From the NCBI GenBank assembly GCA_013115125.1, contig JABANN010000030.1, forward strand, positions 1-64,000: a DNA stretch of 64,000 bases, in the 5' to 3' direction. Each line of letters starts with the position of its first letter. Positions within the stretch are counted from its first letter, which is position 1. This DNA is from Perkinsus olseni (lineage: Eukaryota). A program made the position numbers and the translations under genes. The notes below the pieces were generated by a model. That model saw only the letters and a program-made list of their open reading frames with translations. It was not told where the DNA came from and ran no database searches. Positions 22,837 to 37,195 of this stretch are shown here, piece by piece.

Positions 22837-25800
22837 TCATGGCACATTATTATCCTCTTCGGAGGTCTCCTCCTCGACTCCAGCGCTCTCGAGCACCTAG
22901 TAAAGTGTTTCTGGGAGAAAAAAAAGAGCTACTGTACGTCCTATGTACCTCTTCAGCGTTCTTTTCGAGGTTCGTGTGGAATTTCCGCAAGGCTCCCTTG
23001 ATCCCCACCAGTTGGTCTGATCCAGACAAACATTCCTGCATTGTAGTTGTTAACTGCACTCCTTGGAATCACCTTTGTTCAGCTTGTCTTGTGATTTTTC
23101 TAACTCCTCGAGATCTCTCACTGACTCTTCCATAACCTCCTCCCTCTCTGCCTCTGTTTCTTTGTCTTTCTCTTCCAACTTCGCAACTTCTTCGTCGGCA
23201 TACCTGTACATGCTCACATCAAGAAGAATCCCCTTCTCAGCTAGTGGCAATACTCAGAGAACTCCTCAGCCTCCTTGTAGCCTTGGTTCAGCTGCCTGTC
23301 GTAATTTCTCACCTATAAGGTGAGAATAATCATATAGGGTGTCATAATGTTCTCATCATGCGCCCGGAATGATGTAGTAGAACACGTGCCCACCTTATCC
23401 ACGGCACGCTCGACTTTAGCACGAGTATCGGCCTGAGCCTTCTCACTCGCCTGGTCCAGCAGCTCTAGAGTTTCCATGTCGACCTACCAAGTGAGACACG
23501 TGGATCCCCATAATGACGATGATGATGCCCTACCTGATGGAAGCGGCCCAACTTCTTCTGCATGCTGCCAGCATACTCTCGCCATATTGCAATGAACTGA
23601 GCGCAGGCCTGTCTAACGAGACCTAGGCGGAAGGCCACATCAGCCTGGTCTTCCTTGTCCGATCGGTCGACCTGAACCGCTCGGCAGTAGTCGTCACACG
23701 CTGTGGGGTTAACCACACCACCCACCTGCGACTGTGCTTTGGCCAGCTCGCTCATGACGTTAGACATCCGAGTCTTCATGCCCTGCTTTATGTCGCGCAG
23801 CTCCTCTTGCCTGAAGAATCATATTACTTGTATTTGACCAGCTTCAACCTGCTCCCCTACACTTTCGTTATGTTATTTTTCTGAGCATGCTCCAGCGCGA
23901 GTAACTCCTGATTCTCCATAATAGAAATCCTCTTAGCCCCACTCGTGACAGTATTAAGCCGATCAAGTCGCTGCTTGTTCTCCAACTCGGACGTCTGTGT
24001 ATCGAACTGGGCACCGGTGAGCGCCTCTCGACGCTCCCGATCGAGCATGGACATTCCCTCCGTCATGGAAGCGCCCATCCCGCTGTAAAGACTTTCTATG
24101 CGTCGCTCCGCGTCTCCGAATTCTAGATTGAGTGTGTTGCTGTTGCCGTTGAAATGGCTCTCGATATTCCTGAACAGCGAGTCCTCGAGCTGCGGAGAAG
24201 AGGCATCTTACTCGAGATTGCCAAGGACGCTCTTCATTCCATCTTGCAGGGTGAGCATCTCATTTTCATCAACTTCTTCTCCTGCACGGAACAGCAAGTC
24301 CGGGAATTCTAGGTAATGCGACCGGCTGACCACCTCTCAGTATCTTCGCCTTCATAGCGTCATCCGCTTCTTTCACCTTCACGGCAAATTCCTTCATCCG
24401 CTCCAAAGCCTGACAATCCCCGTGACATCGTTACGACTACCGACAACGACATGATACCTCAAGATTCTTCTTTGCAGCCTCCCTCTCCTCCTCGCTCTCA
24501 GCGTTGGACGCTTGGTGACGCAACTCTGAGATCTTCTTGTCGATCGCCGCGTGTGACGCATAGAATCCCCTCTGAAGGCCGCACACATCCTCTTCGGCCA
24601 GGTAAATGGGAACAAACCGACCTGCAGTTCGTCCATCTTCGCTGCCACCGTCTTGGGGAGAGCATCTACTCGCTTCTTGAAGTTCTCTGTCAACCTATTG
24701 AGGTCGCCTTGCTCCTTCCCTTTCATCTCGCTAAAGGAAAAAACAGAGATCTCCAGACCGACGCTCCGCAGCAAGACTCAACTTTACCTGAACTCATCCA
24801 GGAGCCGCTTGTAGTCCCCCTTGAACTTATCGCCTTCGCCGTTTATACTCTTCGTGACGCTGTCAAGCTCTCCCTCACTACCCTCCTTATCCCTCTCGAA
24901 GCGATCAGAGTCCTCCTCGAGTTTGCGCTGGACGTTCTGAAATCAGCAGCCATGGTCAAGCACTCCTTGGCCCGTTGCGGGGCAAAGCACAGCGGGCAAA
25001 AAGTTGAAGGTTCGCCCTCAAACGCGCTATGAAGTGAACATGAAGGTGAATGATACTGAATGGTGCACGTGGTCATTCGCTATATAATTACAGCATCATC
25101 GGAGCGCTCAGCCTGTAGCCTTCTCTCAGCAGCATTGATTGCTCTATCAGCCTCCGACTCTCTCTTCCGAGCATCTTGCTCGGACCTCTGGGATGCGGCA
25201 TCCATCTGAGATGATACAGAAGACTCGACCACTACGTACCTCAACCTCACTGCCCCACCTGATCCCGCATTTCCCGCTCGATCTGTCCCTCATCTCCAAC
25301 CAGCTTAGCTCTGATGCCCTCAAGCTCAGCCCCTGCCTTGGCTGTGTTCTGCGACAGATAGTTCTCGTAAGCCTTCAACTCATCATCAAGGTTGAGCTGC
25401 TCTCCACGTTGAAGTCGCTCCATCTCCTCTTCAGTGCGCTTGAGGTCCCCTTCCAAAGCCCTAGCCCGGGCCTTCTCATTGCCCAGCCTACTCTGCAGCT
25501 CCGCATACCCCTCCCGGCCGGCACCTTCATAATCCTGCCATTACGAGACAAATGACCCCCGAGTAAAGGCCCTCGTGAATCCCAGCTCACCTTTATTCCG
25601 AGACCGTACTCTCCAGCTAGCAGCCCAAACTCCTTTCGAGCCTTCAACTCCTCGTTGTGCATGCTTGCCGCGAGACTGCTCTCCGAGCCGCCCAAGAATT
25701 GCATCAGTTGAGCACCCTGAGGGAAGATCCTCAGAGAACGCGACGGGTGTGGCAATGAGGTTACCAGCCCGAAGAGCGTCTGGGCGAGTTGCCTAGCAAG

Positions 25801-28800
25801 GCGCTGCTGGTTGGTATACACCCTACGCTCCCCATCCAGCGCATCACCCTTCAACTGGCTCTCATCGTGTGACAGCCCCATTATGCTTTGGAGCAGGCCA
25901 TTGGCTGAGCTTCCTACGCCTCCTATCTGGCTGAGGATGGCCTGCAGATAACACCAACACAATGACGATGCTGCTGCTACTGCGAGTACGTCGTCGAACT
26001 CACGTGAAGGCCCTGGTTCATTTTCCCAGCCGTGTCCTCTTCATCAGAGAGCATCGCGTGACTCAGTCCGGCCAATTTACCGTCCAGACCGTTCATGCCA
26101 GCATGCAGGGAGCCCTGAATACCACACATGGTCATGCGTCGCTCCGCTGAGACTCGGGAGGAACCCTATCCCCTCCTGCGGCTTCTCACCTCAATGTCCT
26201 TCTTAATGCCGTACGCCTGCAGACTGCTCCTCGCTGCATTCTGGTTCAAGCTGTCCACCAGATGCATGACACCGCCCTGTAGGTCATCACTAACCTTCCC
26301 CGTCTCGTGGCTGAACACGCTCACCGATCATCAACTACCGCAAGGACGCTTCACTTACTCTATACTCTTCAGCTTAGCCTGCAAATCTGCCGCTGTCGCC
26401 TTCTCGCCTTTGAGGACGCCATCGATGAACTCGCCCAGCACCTGCCCCATCTTGCTATTCTCCATGCCGTTCTCTTGCATCGTCTTTCGGATGTTCTCTG
26501 ATGAGAGGACACTCTCCTCCCCAGCAAAGCGTCATCATCAACAACAGTACTCAGAACTTCTTCCTTAGCCCCCTCAGAGGCTCCGTAGATGTCCTGCTCA
26601 GCACCCGCTAGCGCGGAGAACAGCGAGCCCAGGATATCAGCAACGCCACCGCCAGCAGCACCTGGCGATTCAGCAAAATAAGGAGTCATTGCAGACAACT
26701 TTCTCCGATAGCTCACTCATCTTCTCAGAGATCGCGTTCTTGATGCCGGCCTGGCCTCTATTGGCCTCCTCCCCCAGCTCATGGGCCCCCGTCTCGATCT
26801 CCATACCGACATTCTTCACCATCACTGAGGAGGGCGTCGTTCGAGGGTGGACGGGAGTCGTAGTGAGCTCACTTTCAAGCTCCTCTCGGGTCAGACCGAT
26901 ATCCTCGGCTAGCTTCTGGAACTCGCCCCACCTGCCCGCACGCTTCTCTGCAAGGAGCAAGCATCGATCAGCATGAATGGCGGCTCAAAGACTCACTCTG
27001 GAACTCTTGCTCTTGAAGGGCCGCCTTTTCCTTTGCGCTGGCCAAAGAGTTCGCCACCGATCCCTGAACAGAGAACGATAATAAACGGTTTATTATCACA
27101 CAACAGTAGAACAGCGAACGGCCGCAGCTTTTCCAGACAAGACTGGTTAGGTCTGTACTCAAGGAAAGAAAAAGATCAGAAACCCAAGACTAACGCGAGG
27201 GCTGAGCTCGACCATGTTTAAGGCGGGTACTTGACGACCCAGCTTCGAGCGTGCCATACGGCCAGCATAGTTGCCACCGGCTGGTCACCTGGGCTAGCTC
27301 CAGTTCTTGGCGTTCTCCTTGCAGTTTGGCATCCAATGACTTCCGACGATTATCCTCCTTGGCCTAGGGAAGGGCAGTCTCCACACAGCCATCGCGCCGC
27401 AGGTGAGTGCTAGAGCTCGGACTCCTACCTGCCAATCCGATGCTTGATTTTCTATCTGCTTTTTGGTCGCCTCCTCCAGCTGCTTCGTCTGCTTATTCGC
27501 CTTCTCTCTGAGAAGTAGCTGTAAAGCCCCGCTGAACCCCGCCACACTTACTCGTATCCAGCCACATGCTTCTTCAGCTCGGCCTCCCCCTCATCCTCCG
27601 TTTTACGCAGATCGCTACGGATCTCGTCCGCCACTTTGTCTCGCTCCTCTATGTCTTTCACCGGAACCTCCGCCAGCTCATCTGATCAACGACTCTCGCC
27701 ATTCGGCCACTCCGGACAGCGTGAGGGCGAGGGACGGCAAGCCAGCAACCTTACCGGCGATGTTGGTGAGAGTATCCTCGGCGTCCTCCAAGGTCTTCTC
27801 TGCTGTGGACTCGAGCGTATCTTTCTGATGCTCCACACCTCGAGCTGCGCGCTCTACCTTTACCTAACCATCACCAATGCTGCTGCTTCCACGACAGCAA
27901 ACTAGTGGCGCGATCAGTGTAATGAGAAGTAGTAGAAGTATGAGCGGCGCAGCATACTTGAATCTCGTTGATGCCCCTGGCCAACTTTGTTAGTTTATCA
28001 TTGGCATCTTGGTTGAGCCGAAGCTGATTCGCCATCTGGTCGTTGGCTTGACCAGCTACGACACTCTGTACGCCGGACACTAGCTGAAACCATGGACAAC
28101 AATCACATACCACTCCAATCGCTCCTCCTGCGCTCACCGAGTTGAAGGCCTTAACTGCACCGCTCTTGAGATCGTCTATGTCCGCCGCATATCCGAAGTG
28201 AATCTTATCGAACTCAGCCCAGATCTCATCGGCTGCCGTCACCTGAGCCCAGCTGTCACCATGCTGACCACACTGGCTGTAGTACTACCGTGGCAGAATG
28301 CAGCTCGTAGAGGGCAGCCGAGGCGAGACCAATCTTATGAGTCAACCCGTCCTTAGTCGACGGTTCCGCTTTAGTCCCTCCCTTGCCATCTGAACACGCC
28401 TGACTATCATGCAATTTGCATGATGCATGCATGATGCAAACCCAAGGCTCTCCTCTCCCTACAGGTGTATTGCATCAGCCGATCTAAGGTCGTCTCTGCC
28501 TTGTTCCAGTCCTCCGCCAACGTCTGATGACAACAGTGACGCACTGGCTATGGGAGGCAGCAGGTAGCCTACATTAGCCTTCACTCGCACGTCCTTCCCT
28601 TTGTCGTGGACCTCCTGCTCTGGTCCGAACTGCTCCCTTATCATCTTATACCTGACAAGCACACAATGTCGAGGACATCACTCAGCGAGTCCTCCTACCT
28701 TCGGATGTGGCAGTCGTAGTTGTCAGCATCGGAATACACCCCAAGCATCTCGCAGGCCCTCACCCCAGCAGGCTCCCCCCTCCGTCGTCTTGCTTTGTAT

Positions 28801-29421
28801 ATCAGCGCCATCTCAGCCCTAGCGTCGACTTTGCGGACCTGATGAGGAAGGTGTGGTATTGAAGGACAGGTGAGGGGCTCCTACGATCTCCATCAGCTCC
28901 TCCTCAGTGCCGAGGTCAGAATAGTCCGCGACAAGCCGACTTATCTGCAGTAGGAAGAAGCGGGGCAGAATCACAAGACGATGCACCAACACTAGAAAGA
29001 CTCCCCGCCAGCGGAATCGGTCCGAATTCATATGCTTGGCGGGTGAACAAGAGCAAACACTATCGATGATAGTGGCAAAAGCCGGGCGCTTGGGAAGTGA
29101 GAATTTATCCCAGCCGCTATGCCGTTAAGCGGAGTCTATAATTCCTTTCCAAGAGTCGGGCGAATCAAATATATGCCTGATGATTTGGTGCAGATGCATG
29201 CAGCTGTCTACCTCATCATCTCCTGCTCGCGGCCGGTGAGCCCGATGCGCCAGCAACGATGAAATATCGGCATCATCAACGTCTAGTGTGTCGTCCTGAG
29301 AAGGCTACTCACAATCAGAGGGAAGGCTCAGGCTCACCTCAGAGGCAGCCGTCGTCGCTACCACCGTACAAAGGGCTGTTGCTGTTCCAAGTGCTGTTAT
29401 TAGGCGGCAGCATTTTACCAT
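22837..29421 (-). CDS. Giant secreted coiled-coil protein C1 (paralogue family of unknown function)
   Basis: Signal MVKCCRLITALGTATALCTVVATTAASE|DVDDADISSLLAHRAHRP; LVADYSDLGTEEEL; RACEMLGVYSDADNYDCHIRRYKMI; WAEFDKIHFGY; dozens of helical exons; ends VLESAGVEEETSEEDNNVP*. Confidence 0.8.
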
Positions 29422-29607
29422 GCGCCTTGACAAGAGATGAATAGGTAATGGCTGCCGATGGATATAACAGCCCACCCAAACTCCCTGGCAATGACGAACA
29501 CAATCACGAATCATGACATCATCGCAACAACAGCAGCAGCAAGGCAGCATCGAGTGCTGCATGCCCATAAAGTGACGTGGTCACAAGACCAAGACCTCCC
29601 TTCCCAC

Positions 29608-32600
29608 TTAGCGCGCGTTCTGGAGCACCTAGGACGGCGAAAGCATGGCGACCACTGTGGCGAGCCCACCTTCCACCAACCTGATTGGCCTTCTTCGTCA
29701 TATCGTCCTCAAACTGCGCGATGTTATCCCGGACGTACTGTCGCTCCTCTGAGAACACCAACCATCGTCAACAACAGGAAGGCTCAAACCTGAACCCCCT
29801 ACCAGCGTCCATCTTCTCCTGTTTCCGTTGCAAGTCCGCAAGCTCAGCCTTCGCCTTCAGTAGCAGCTCATTCCGATTCTCATGGATAGCTCGTTGACGC
29901 TCCTGTAGTTTCGCTATGTGCTCCTGCATGTACCTGGGGCAGAGCTACACTGCCTTCATGCCAAGCCCCGGCCAGTGGGCTACTTCTCGAACGCTTCCTC
30001 CTCTTCATAGCCCTTATCAAGTTCCTTATGGACGGTATTGACCTGCCGAGAGACGTTGCCACACGCGCCCCGTCAGTGGACGCCCTTCACCTTCTCCATC
30101 GCCTTCACGACAACATCTTCGCTCTTCGCCAACTCATGCCGAACTTGTGCGTCGAGCTGCTCGATAAACTCAGCATCAGCCTGATCAACATTGACGCATC
30201 ACCTCCGAGCACACGAATTCTGTCCGAGCCTTACTTGATGGAAGCGTTGGAACTTGGACGACATAACGGCCGAGAAGTCCCTCCACAGACTGAGGAAGTG
30301 TCCAACTGCCTGCCGGACCAAGCCCAGTCGAACGGCGATATCCCCTTGCTCTCCTCTAGCCTCCGTCTCGACCTGCGGAGCACAACGGAGCGTCCCAAAT
30401 CGTACCAGTCACTGGGAGCCTACATCCGCTTGGTTCCTAGCGAGCTCCGACATCACTGCTCCTATCCGCTTCTCAATGCCCTCCTTCATGTCCCTCACAC
30501 CATCATACCTGACCACCCTCACTGCAGCGGCCCCTAACACAGCCTGCCAACTTACACCCTCGAGATGTTGTTCTTCTGGGCATGCTCCAACTTGTACAGT
30601 TCCATGTTCTCAACTTTTATCAATTTACCGGCCTTCTTCACCGCATTGGCAACTCCGTCGATCCGCCGTTTGTTATTGATCTCTGTTGTCTGACGGCAGC
30701 CAGGTTCATCGCTCATCGGCAGTCCGGCCGCCGCGTCCCCACCTGGATGGCAAACTTGGTTGAGAGCTCCGATTCTTTCTGTTCTCGATCGAGAAGAGCA
30801 TTGGTCTGATTCATAGCTGACTCCAATCCTGAGCCGACACCGCGGGTGAGCAGCAAAGCAGCAGCGACCGACGTCTCACCGTGAAAGAGCATGCTGGTCC
30901 GCTGTGCAACATTTTCCACCTCTCCCTGCAGGTGAGTCGTCTCACTGTTCAAATGAGCGTCGAGTATCCTAAACAGGGACGATCAACCCACACCGATTCC
31001 GAATCGCCGCCTACTCGAGGTTCCCTATCACACTCTTCATGCTAGTCTGCAATGCATCCACCTGTCGGTTGTCGATCTGTTCACCTGCCAACACGATGAA
31101 GATGAGCGAACAGCCTCGGAAGGCCGAGGTCACCATTTAGTATCTTCTGCTTTAATGCTGCATCAGCCCCTCGAACCCGTTCGGCCAGTGTGCGCATTTG
31201 CTCCAGAGCCTGCCGGAGATCGATCTCACTCAGATGAAGAAGAGTTGCCTAGCCACCTACCTGCACGGCCTGCATCGCCGCCGCCCTCTCCTCCTCCGTC
31301 TCAGCATTCCTTGCCTTATGTTGGAGCTCGCTCAGTCGGACCTCTATCTGCTGCTGGGATGCCGTAAAGTCACGCTGAAGACGATGAGAGTGAACACAAG
31401 AAATCAGCACGCATGCGCGGCGCTGGTATCTCCACACTCACCTCGATATCTTCAGCCGTCTTTGACATAAGCTGCGGTAACTTCCGAACCCGCTCCTCGA
31501 ACACTCTAGTAAGGTTACGTAGCTTCTCCGTCTCGTGATGGGACAGGACACTAACACACGCAAGAGGCCGATGAACGCCCGGCAGAAAGATGCCGCAGCT
31601 CACCCAAAGCGTTCCATCAAGTTCATCAGGTGGTCCTGGAAGTTTCGTTTCTGCGTCTCCGCTGAGCTGAGCACACCATCCAGTTGCTGCCTGTACCTGC
31701 CAGCGACACCCATCCCAACACGCCCTAGCCGCTACACCCTCACCCTCTCGACGCCCGGTCGAACAGCTCCCCATCATCCCGCAACTTCTTCTCCAAAACC
31801 TGAAAAGGTAAACATCATAGGAGAGCACACAAGCCAGTGTAAACCCACCGCCGAGTTTGTCTTCTCCGCCAAGTACTTCCGTCGAGCGCCGTCTATCTCC
31901 CCCTCAGCACGGCTCTCAACCTCATGCGCTCTCTTCTCTGCGCTCAGCATCCGGGATTCAAGCTGAAATAAAGACCCCCGTCAACAGCAGCAGCAGCGGG
32001 AGTAGCTGGATACTACCATGCTCTTCAAGCTCTCCTCCATCTTTCCCTCGTTACCAGCCATCTCAGCCTGCACTTGGGCCAGCGCCGCGTCAGCCCGAGA
32101 GTCGCTCTGAGCCAGTTGCTCCGTGAACAGATTCTTCTCCTTAGACAACTCCGCCTGCTGCGACTTCACCAAGCCCATGATGGAGGCATCGACGCTCTTC
32201 AGCTCTTGCTGCAGCGTCCGGGCCCTCTGCTGGTCCAGGCCGAGGCTAGAGGCCATATCCCCGGCTATGCGGTGGGCCTCCGCTTCGTAACTCTGAGCCG
32301 GGAATCCGCATCGAGCATGAGTCAACCTCGGCAGCTCACCTCAATCCCATGGCTGGCCTGAGCGGCCACGTCCTGAAAGGCTCTGTTTGCCTTGTTGTCT
32401 TCATCCTTCATAGCATCTTCCATTCCCGACCCAGAAGCTCTCACAAAGGCGTTCAACCTCGAGGCCTGTTGGAAGAAGGAGGAAAGTCCAATGGACGCTC
32501 AGGAGAGCCAGCCTAGGCAGTACCAGCTCGCTGTCCGTGGTCGATAACAGCTTGGCCAAACGCTGCAGACTCTCAGAGGACCGCCGCTTCTCAACAAGGA

Positions 32601-35600
32601 TGTCTCCCTTAAGGTTCCCTTCCTGTTGTGCCAGGCCCCTCAACGCCTTCACCAGGTCCTCAGCGCTGCCACCAGCATCAGTGACCATCTTCAGTAGGCC
32701 CTGTGAATGACACGGTTCGACCTAAGATACGCCCGTCATCAGCCTACCTGGAAGTTCTTCCTCATCTCCGTGTCTGCGCCCTGTATGTTCCCCTCGGCTT
32801 GCCTTTCCATGTTGCCCATTTTCCCTTCAAACTCAGCACGGTCACGATTGATCGTACCCTGACAAACTCGGTCTTCCCCCAGCCCCTCCTCATCGCCGCC
32901 ACCACCACCTACCTCCGCCGTTTCCTTGATCTTCCTAGATTTTTCGATATTTTCTCTGGCGGTCTCATCAAGAGTCGTCGACAGATCATCAAGGCCCTTC
33001 TGAAGCCTCTCGCCAACTCTCGCTGTTTCGGCCCTGCACAGTTGACCACCGATTCCATATCGTCCCAGCATCGACCTAAGATCCTCCTCCACATGACCTA
33101 CCCAACTTCCTCATTCTTCGACTTGACATCAGCCGACAAGGCCTTCTCTCCTTGCTCTATGCCATGCACCAGCTGACCCAGCACAGCCGCCATGTTAGCG
33201 CCTTGCTCGCCGCCTTCTCGGAAGGCATTCCGAATCATCGCTGAACGCCGTCATCACCATCACCAACTAGCAGCCTCTAACCTTACCCATCACTTTATCC
33301 TTGGCCTCGCTCGAACTAGAAAAGATGTCCTTATCGGCCGACGAGAGGGAACGATCCATCGACAGTAAGACGTCCGCTAGGCTCGCCCCGGCTCCACCTG
33401 AACATCCAGACCATGCATCACCGGAGGCACTGAAGGTAGCAAGAATAACATACTGATGGTCTCGGATATCTCCTTCTTAATAGCCGCCTGCTTCTGCCGT
33501 GCCTCCTCCGTCAACTCGTGAGCTTGCTTGTCCGTATTAGCCGCATACTCGTTCAGCATACCTACGGTTGCATGGATTCTGTTTATCGCCAGCATCAACC
33601 TAAGATTCCCTCACCTCGAAGTTCCTTCATAGAACCGGCCATATCAGCTGATACCTTCTCCTGGTCATCCCACTCCTTCTCGGTCTCACCTGAGACGAAA
33701 CCTCCAAACTAATAACCCCATGCCCACCCTCCACTCACGAGCAAAATTCTCAGCCGTCCGCTGAGACTTCTCATCAGCTGAGTCGAACTCTTTCCGGAAG
33801 GCCTCCTATAACCCACCGAAAGATGCCCCTCCGCAAGCAACGGCGCGTCTGCCCCTCACCTGTCGTTCCTCGACCTTCGCGCCCTCCTGGGAGATCTGAG
33901 ACTCCACCACCGCCCGGCGCTTCTTCTCCTCGCCCTAAAACGAGGAACCTCCCTTCTCCAACTCTCCCTTCCAACAGCCCGCTTACCTCCCACGCCTTGA
34001 ACTGATTGTCGATCGATGCTGCGCCGTCCTCGACGAAGCTGTCAAGTTTCTTATCTCCATCAGCCCTGCCACCGACTGTCCTCAGCAGCACAGTACTGAT
34101 GATGTCCGCCTACCTGTAGCCCTCCACCAACTTGTGCTGTTCCTCGGTTGCCTTCATCGCGGTGTCTTCGATCTTCTCCGAGAGCTGTCTGCGGACCTTC
34201 TCCCTCGCCTCCTCTTGGACCTCTGGCAGTTCCGCCACTTCGTCTGAAAATAGCAATGGAAGGCGGAGCGAAGCAACCGACATGATTCTCACCCGAGAGC
34301 CCAGCAAGGGCGTCCTCTGCATCATCTAACCCTTTCGAGGTAACTTGCTCCATCCGAGTCTTCTCCGAGTCAGCCTGCTTCACCTCGGCTTCCACTTTAA
34401 CCTTCACCAGCGACAGCAGTCCAAAGACCATAGTAGGCCTCCGAGCTACTCACCTGGTTGCTATTGATGGTATTAACCATATCATTGAGCTCCTTATTGC
34501 CATGCTTATTCAGTATGATAGTATTCCTCAGCTGCGCATCCGACTGCTTCCTAGCTAGCTGCGATATCCCCTTCAGCAACTGACGAGCCGACGACCTCCA
34601 CAACCCCAGGCACTCGCTGATTGCATTACATTATTGAGAGCCGTAGACATCTCCGACTTGTACTGGTCCACGTCCGCCACATAGCCATAGTGAATCTTAT
34701 CAAGCTCAGCCCAGAGTTCATCTGCGCTGGCAACCTGACAGGAAGGCCGATAGGTCGCTGCATTCCGACAAAAGGAGGACCCTTACCGCAGCAGAATTCA
34801 GCTCGTACATGGCCCCGGACAGGAGACCAATCTGATGAGTGAGCCCCTCAGTCTGACTAGGGGACTCTTTGGTCGAGCCTGGTCCGTCTGACAAGCATGG
34901 AGCGTAAATGATATCGCCGACAAGTTCCGATTCCCTTACAAGTGTAGCCCATCAATTTATCCAAGTTGGCCTCGGCTGCATCCCAGTCGGCTTGAAGCGT
35001 CTATAAGCGAGAAGGGGCCGTAACCACAGGCAATCCTCGCCAGACTACACGGAACACTCACCGACACATTGGCGTCCAACTTGCGAGATTTCTCATGCAG
35101 CTCTCGCTCAGGTTCGAAGAGCGCCTGTATCATCTTGTATCTGCGCATCGTTCTCACTTAACTCCGCCGCATTGATCAGGAGGCCTCTATCACCTCCGTT
35201 CGTGACAGTCGTAGTTGTCAGCATCGGAGTAGTAGCCTGTCTCCTCGCAGGCCCGGACTCCTTTGCCCTCCCCTTTACGCCGTCTGTTCTTATGAAAGAG
35301 GGAAAACTCGGCCCTCGAGTCAACCTGTAATGGACAGCGCATTGAGGACGGTCAGGACAGTCGTCCACTGCCAGGGTACTTTTGACAGTATTTGTATCAG
35401 TTCCTCCTCCGATCCCATATCGGGGTAGTCAGCGATCAATCGCTTAACCTGTAAAGAACCCAGTCACCTATGCGAGCACGTCTTTCATGAATGGTCTATC
35501 CCAATCCTCAATGATGCTTCAAGTAATATCACACCGCAGGAGGTCCACTAGCCGGTCCTCGACGAACCAGCCGATTGATCACGCATGTTGAATTCAGGCA

Positions 35601-35849
35601 GCACTTTCGTGTCCCCGAGCCAGCCCATCCCCAGCCTCCGACCATCAGTACCTCACTATCTTTCATGCTCGGCAATCGCGCCCGATGTGCGAGGAGCTCG
35701 TGGATGTTTTCATCATCCATGACGTCCTAAAAGAGAACTCTGACTTCAATCACTCCCACAACTACCCGCTGGCCCCGCCCGACTACTACATCATCGGCCT
35801 TTGTGATAGCCACTATGGCCAATAACAGTGAAGCCGGTCGCACTAACAT
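29608..35849 (-). CDS. Giant secreted coiled-coil protein C2
   Basis: Signal MLVRPASLLLAIVAITKAD|DVMDDENIHELLAHRARLP; LIADYPDMGSEEEL; RACEETGYYSDADNYDCHERRYKMI; WAELDKIHYGY; ends ...KKANQ|VLQNAR*. Confidence 0.8.
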
Positions 35850-35950
35850 AGCATACAAGGTAAAAAGAGGGAGTGTATTGGCTGAAAGGGGGAAGATGGT
35901 ACCCTCTGATCTACCGTAGATCATCTACGACCGTGCAGAGGGCCCAAGTT

Positions 35951-35973
35951 GCGCCGACAAAAGCGCGCGCCCG
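35951..35973 (-). promoter_or_regulatory. 23-bp conserved upstream element of C2
   Basis: GCGCCGACAAAAGCGCGCGCCCG (+ strand), identical to 46345-46367; 102 nt from the C2 ATG. Confidence 0.65.
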
Positions 35974-36287
35974 AAATTTGCCCGCGCGTTCGGTTCTTAG
36001 GTGGGAGAAGGAGTATCTCATGTTGCTTCAGTACGGATGTAGAACGCCTCAGCTCAATGTGCTACCCATCCGTACTATACACAGTCGAATAGCGGTGAGC
36101 GAGGAGGACCAATTCCGTCTTCCCGTCTCCGTCCCCTAGATAATTAAACTCATTAATCCGATAACTCAAAATCCGGATCCCGAGTTTCGTAATCTGTTCA
36201 TCGACCACCCCTTCTGTATCCGTCTTGTTAGGGAAAGAATGTCTCAGTGAAGTGTCTCCCATAGCGTGCCGACCGTTGACCAGTGAA

Positions 36288-37195
36288 ATGTCGACTAAAC
36301 GGACCATCATCGCAGCTGCAGCTGTATTCGCGTCCAAGCTTCCCTCTTGCAACGCAGTTTTGTGAACTCCTATTACTCCAACATAGTAAGATCATCTCCC
36401 GCGTAGCATTTGCCATGACGCTAAGGAAAATGTTGTTGGCGCGCAGAATGCTTTCTTGTGATCTGCCTTCGCTCAGGGCCTCCTCCCGCTCAGAGAGACG
36501 AGCCTGAGTACGGAGGACGCGAGTGTTCGTTGTTCATTCAGCGACACCCATAACGTGTTCATCTTCCGCGTGAGGCAGAACGGCCCGCCGCAAACGGAGG
36601 ATATTGTCTGTCGCGGTCCCGTACCGTTCGAAAGTGAATTGTAAGTTTTCTTGGGTTCTCTTTTTCCCTACGTCGTTCCCTCTACAGTTCCGGGCCTGGA
36701 AACACGCATCGAGCGTATCATTCCAACTACCCGAAGGAAGACCCTGACAACTATTTTAGATTCACAGCGCCTCCTCCCGGAGGCACTGGCAACGACCCAC
36801 TTAGATTCATCGGAATACCCGAAGTCAGCGGCCAACTGCATAGCCTGGGCGTGGCCATCGAAAAGTTGGAGCTCAAACGCGAGGAAAATGCGATTTTGAG
36901 TTCCGAGCTGAAATCTATGGGCAAGGCTGGGGCGGTCACTGTTGACATGATGGAGAAAGTCTGTTCGGCAACGCTGGGAGCTATAGGACAGCGGATTGGC
37001 AAAACCGTCGAAGCTGTCTGCAGTGAGTACCGCGAAACCTCCATTCGAGCCCATACTGCTGTCACAGACGATAGACGCTGGGCTAGCAGGAAAGTCGCGA
37101 GAAATCCTAAATACGATCTTAACTATTACTTGGGAATTACGAAGAGAGATTATTCAGAGTATTACCCCATGCCAACAATCACGATAATCCAATAA
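36288..37195 (+). CDS. Hypothetical multi-exon protein (5' limit uncertain)
   Basis: Long terminal exon FTAPPPGGTGNDPLRFIGIPEVSG...MPTITIIQ* follows a ttttag acceptor and precedes AATAAA; upstream exon-like segment GLLPLRETSLSTEDASVRC. Confidence 0.4.

Noticed and set aside
23990-24260. Apparent in-frame stop (GNLE*) suggesting C1 is a pseudogene
   Set aside because: Removed by a phase-2 intron at the same position as in C2, restoring GNLENIESHF.
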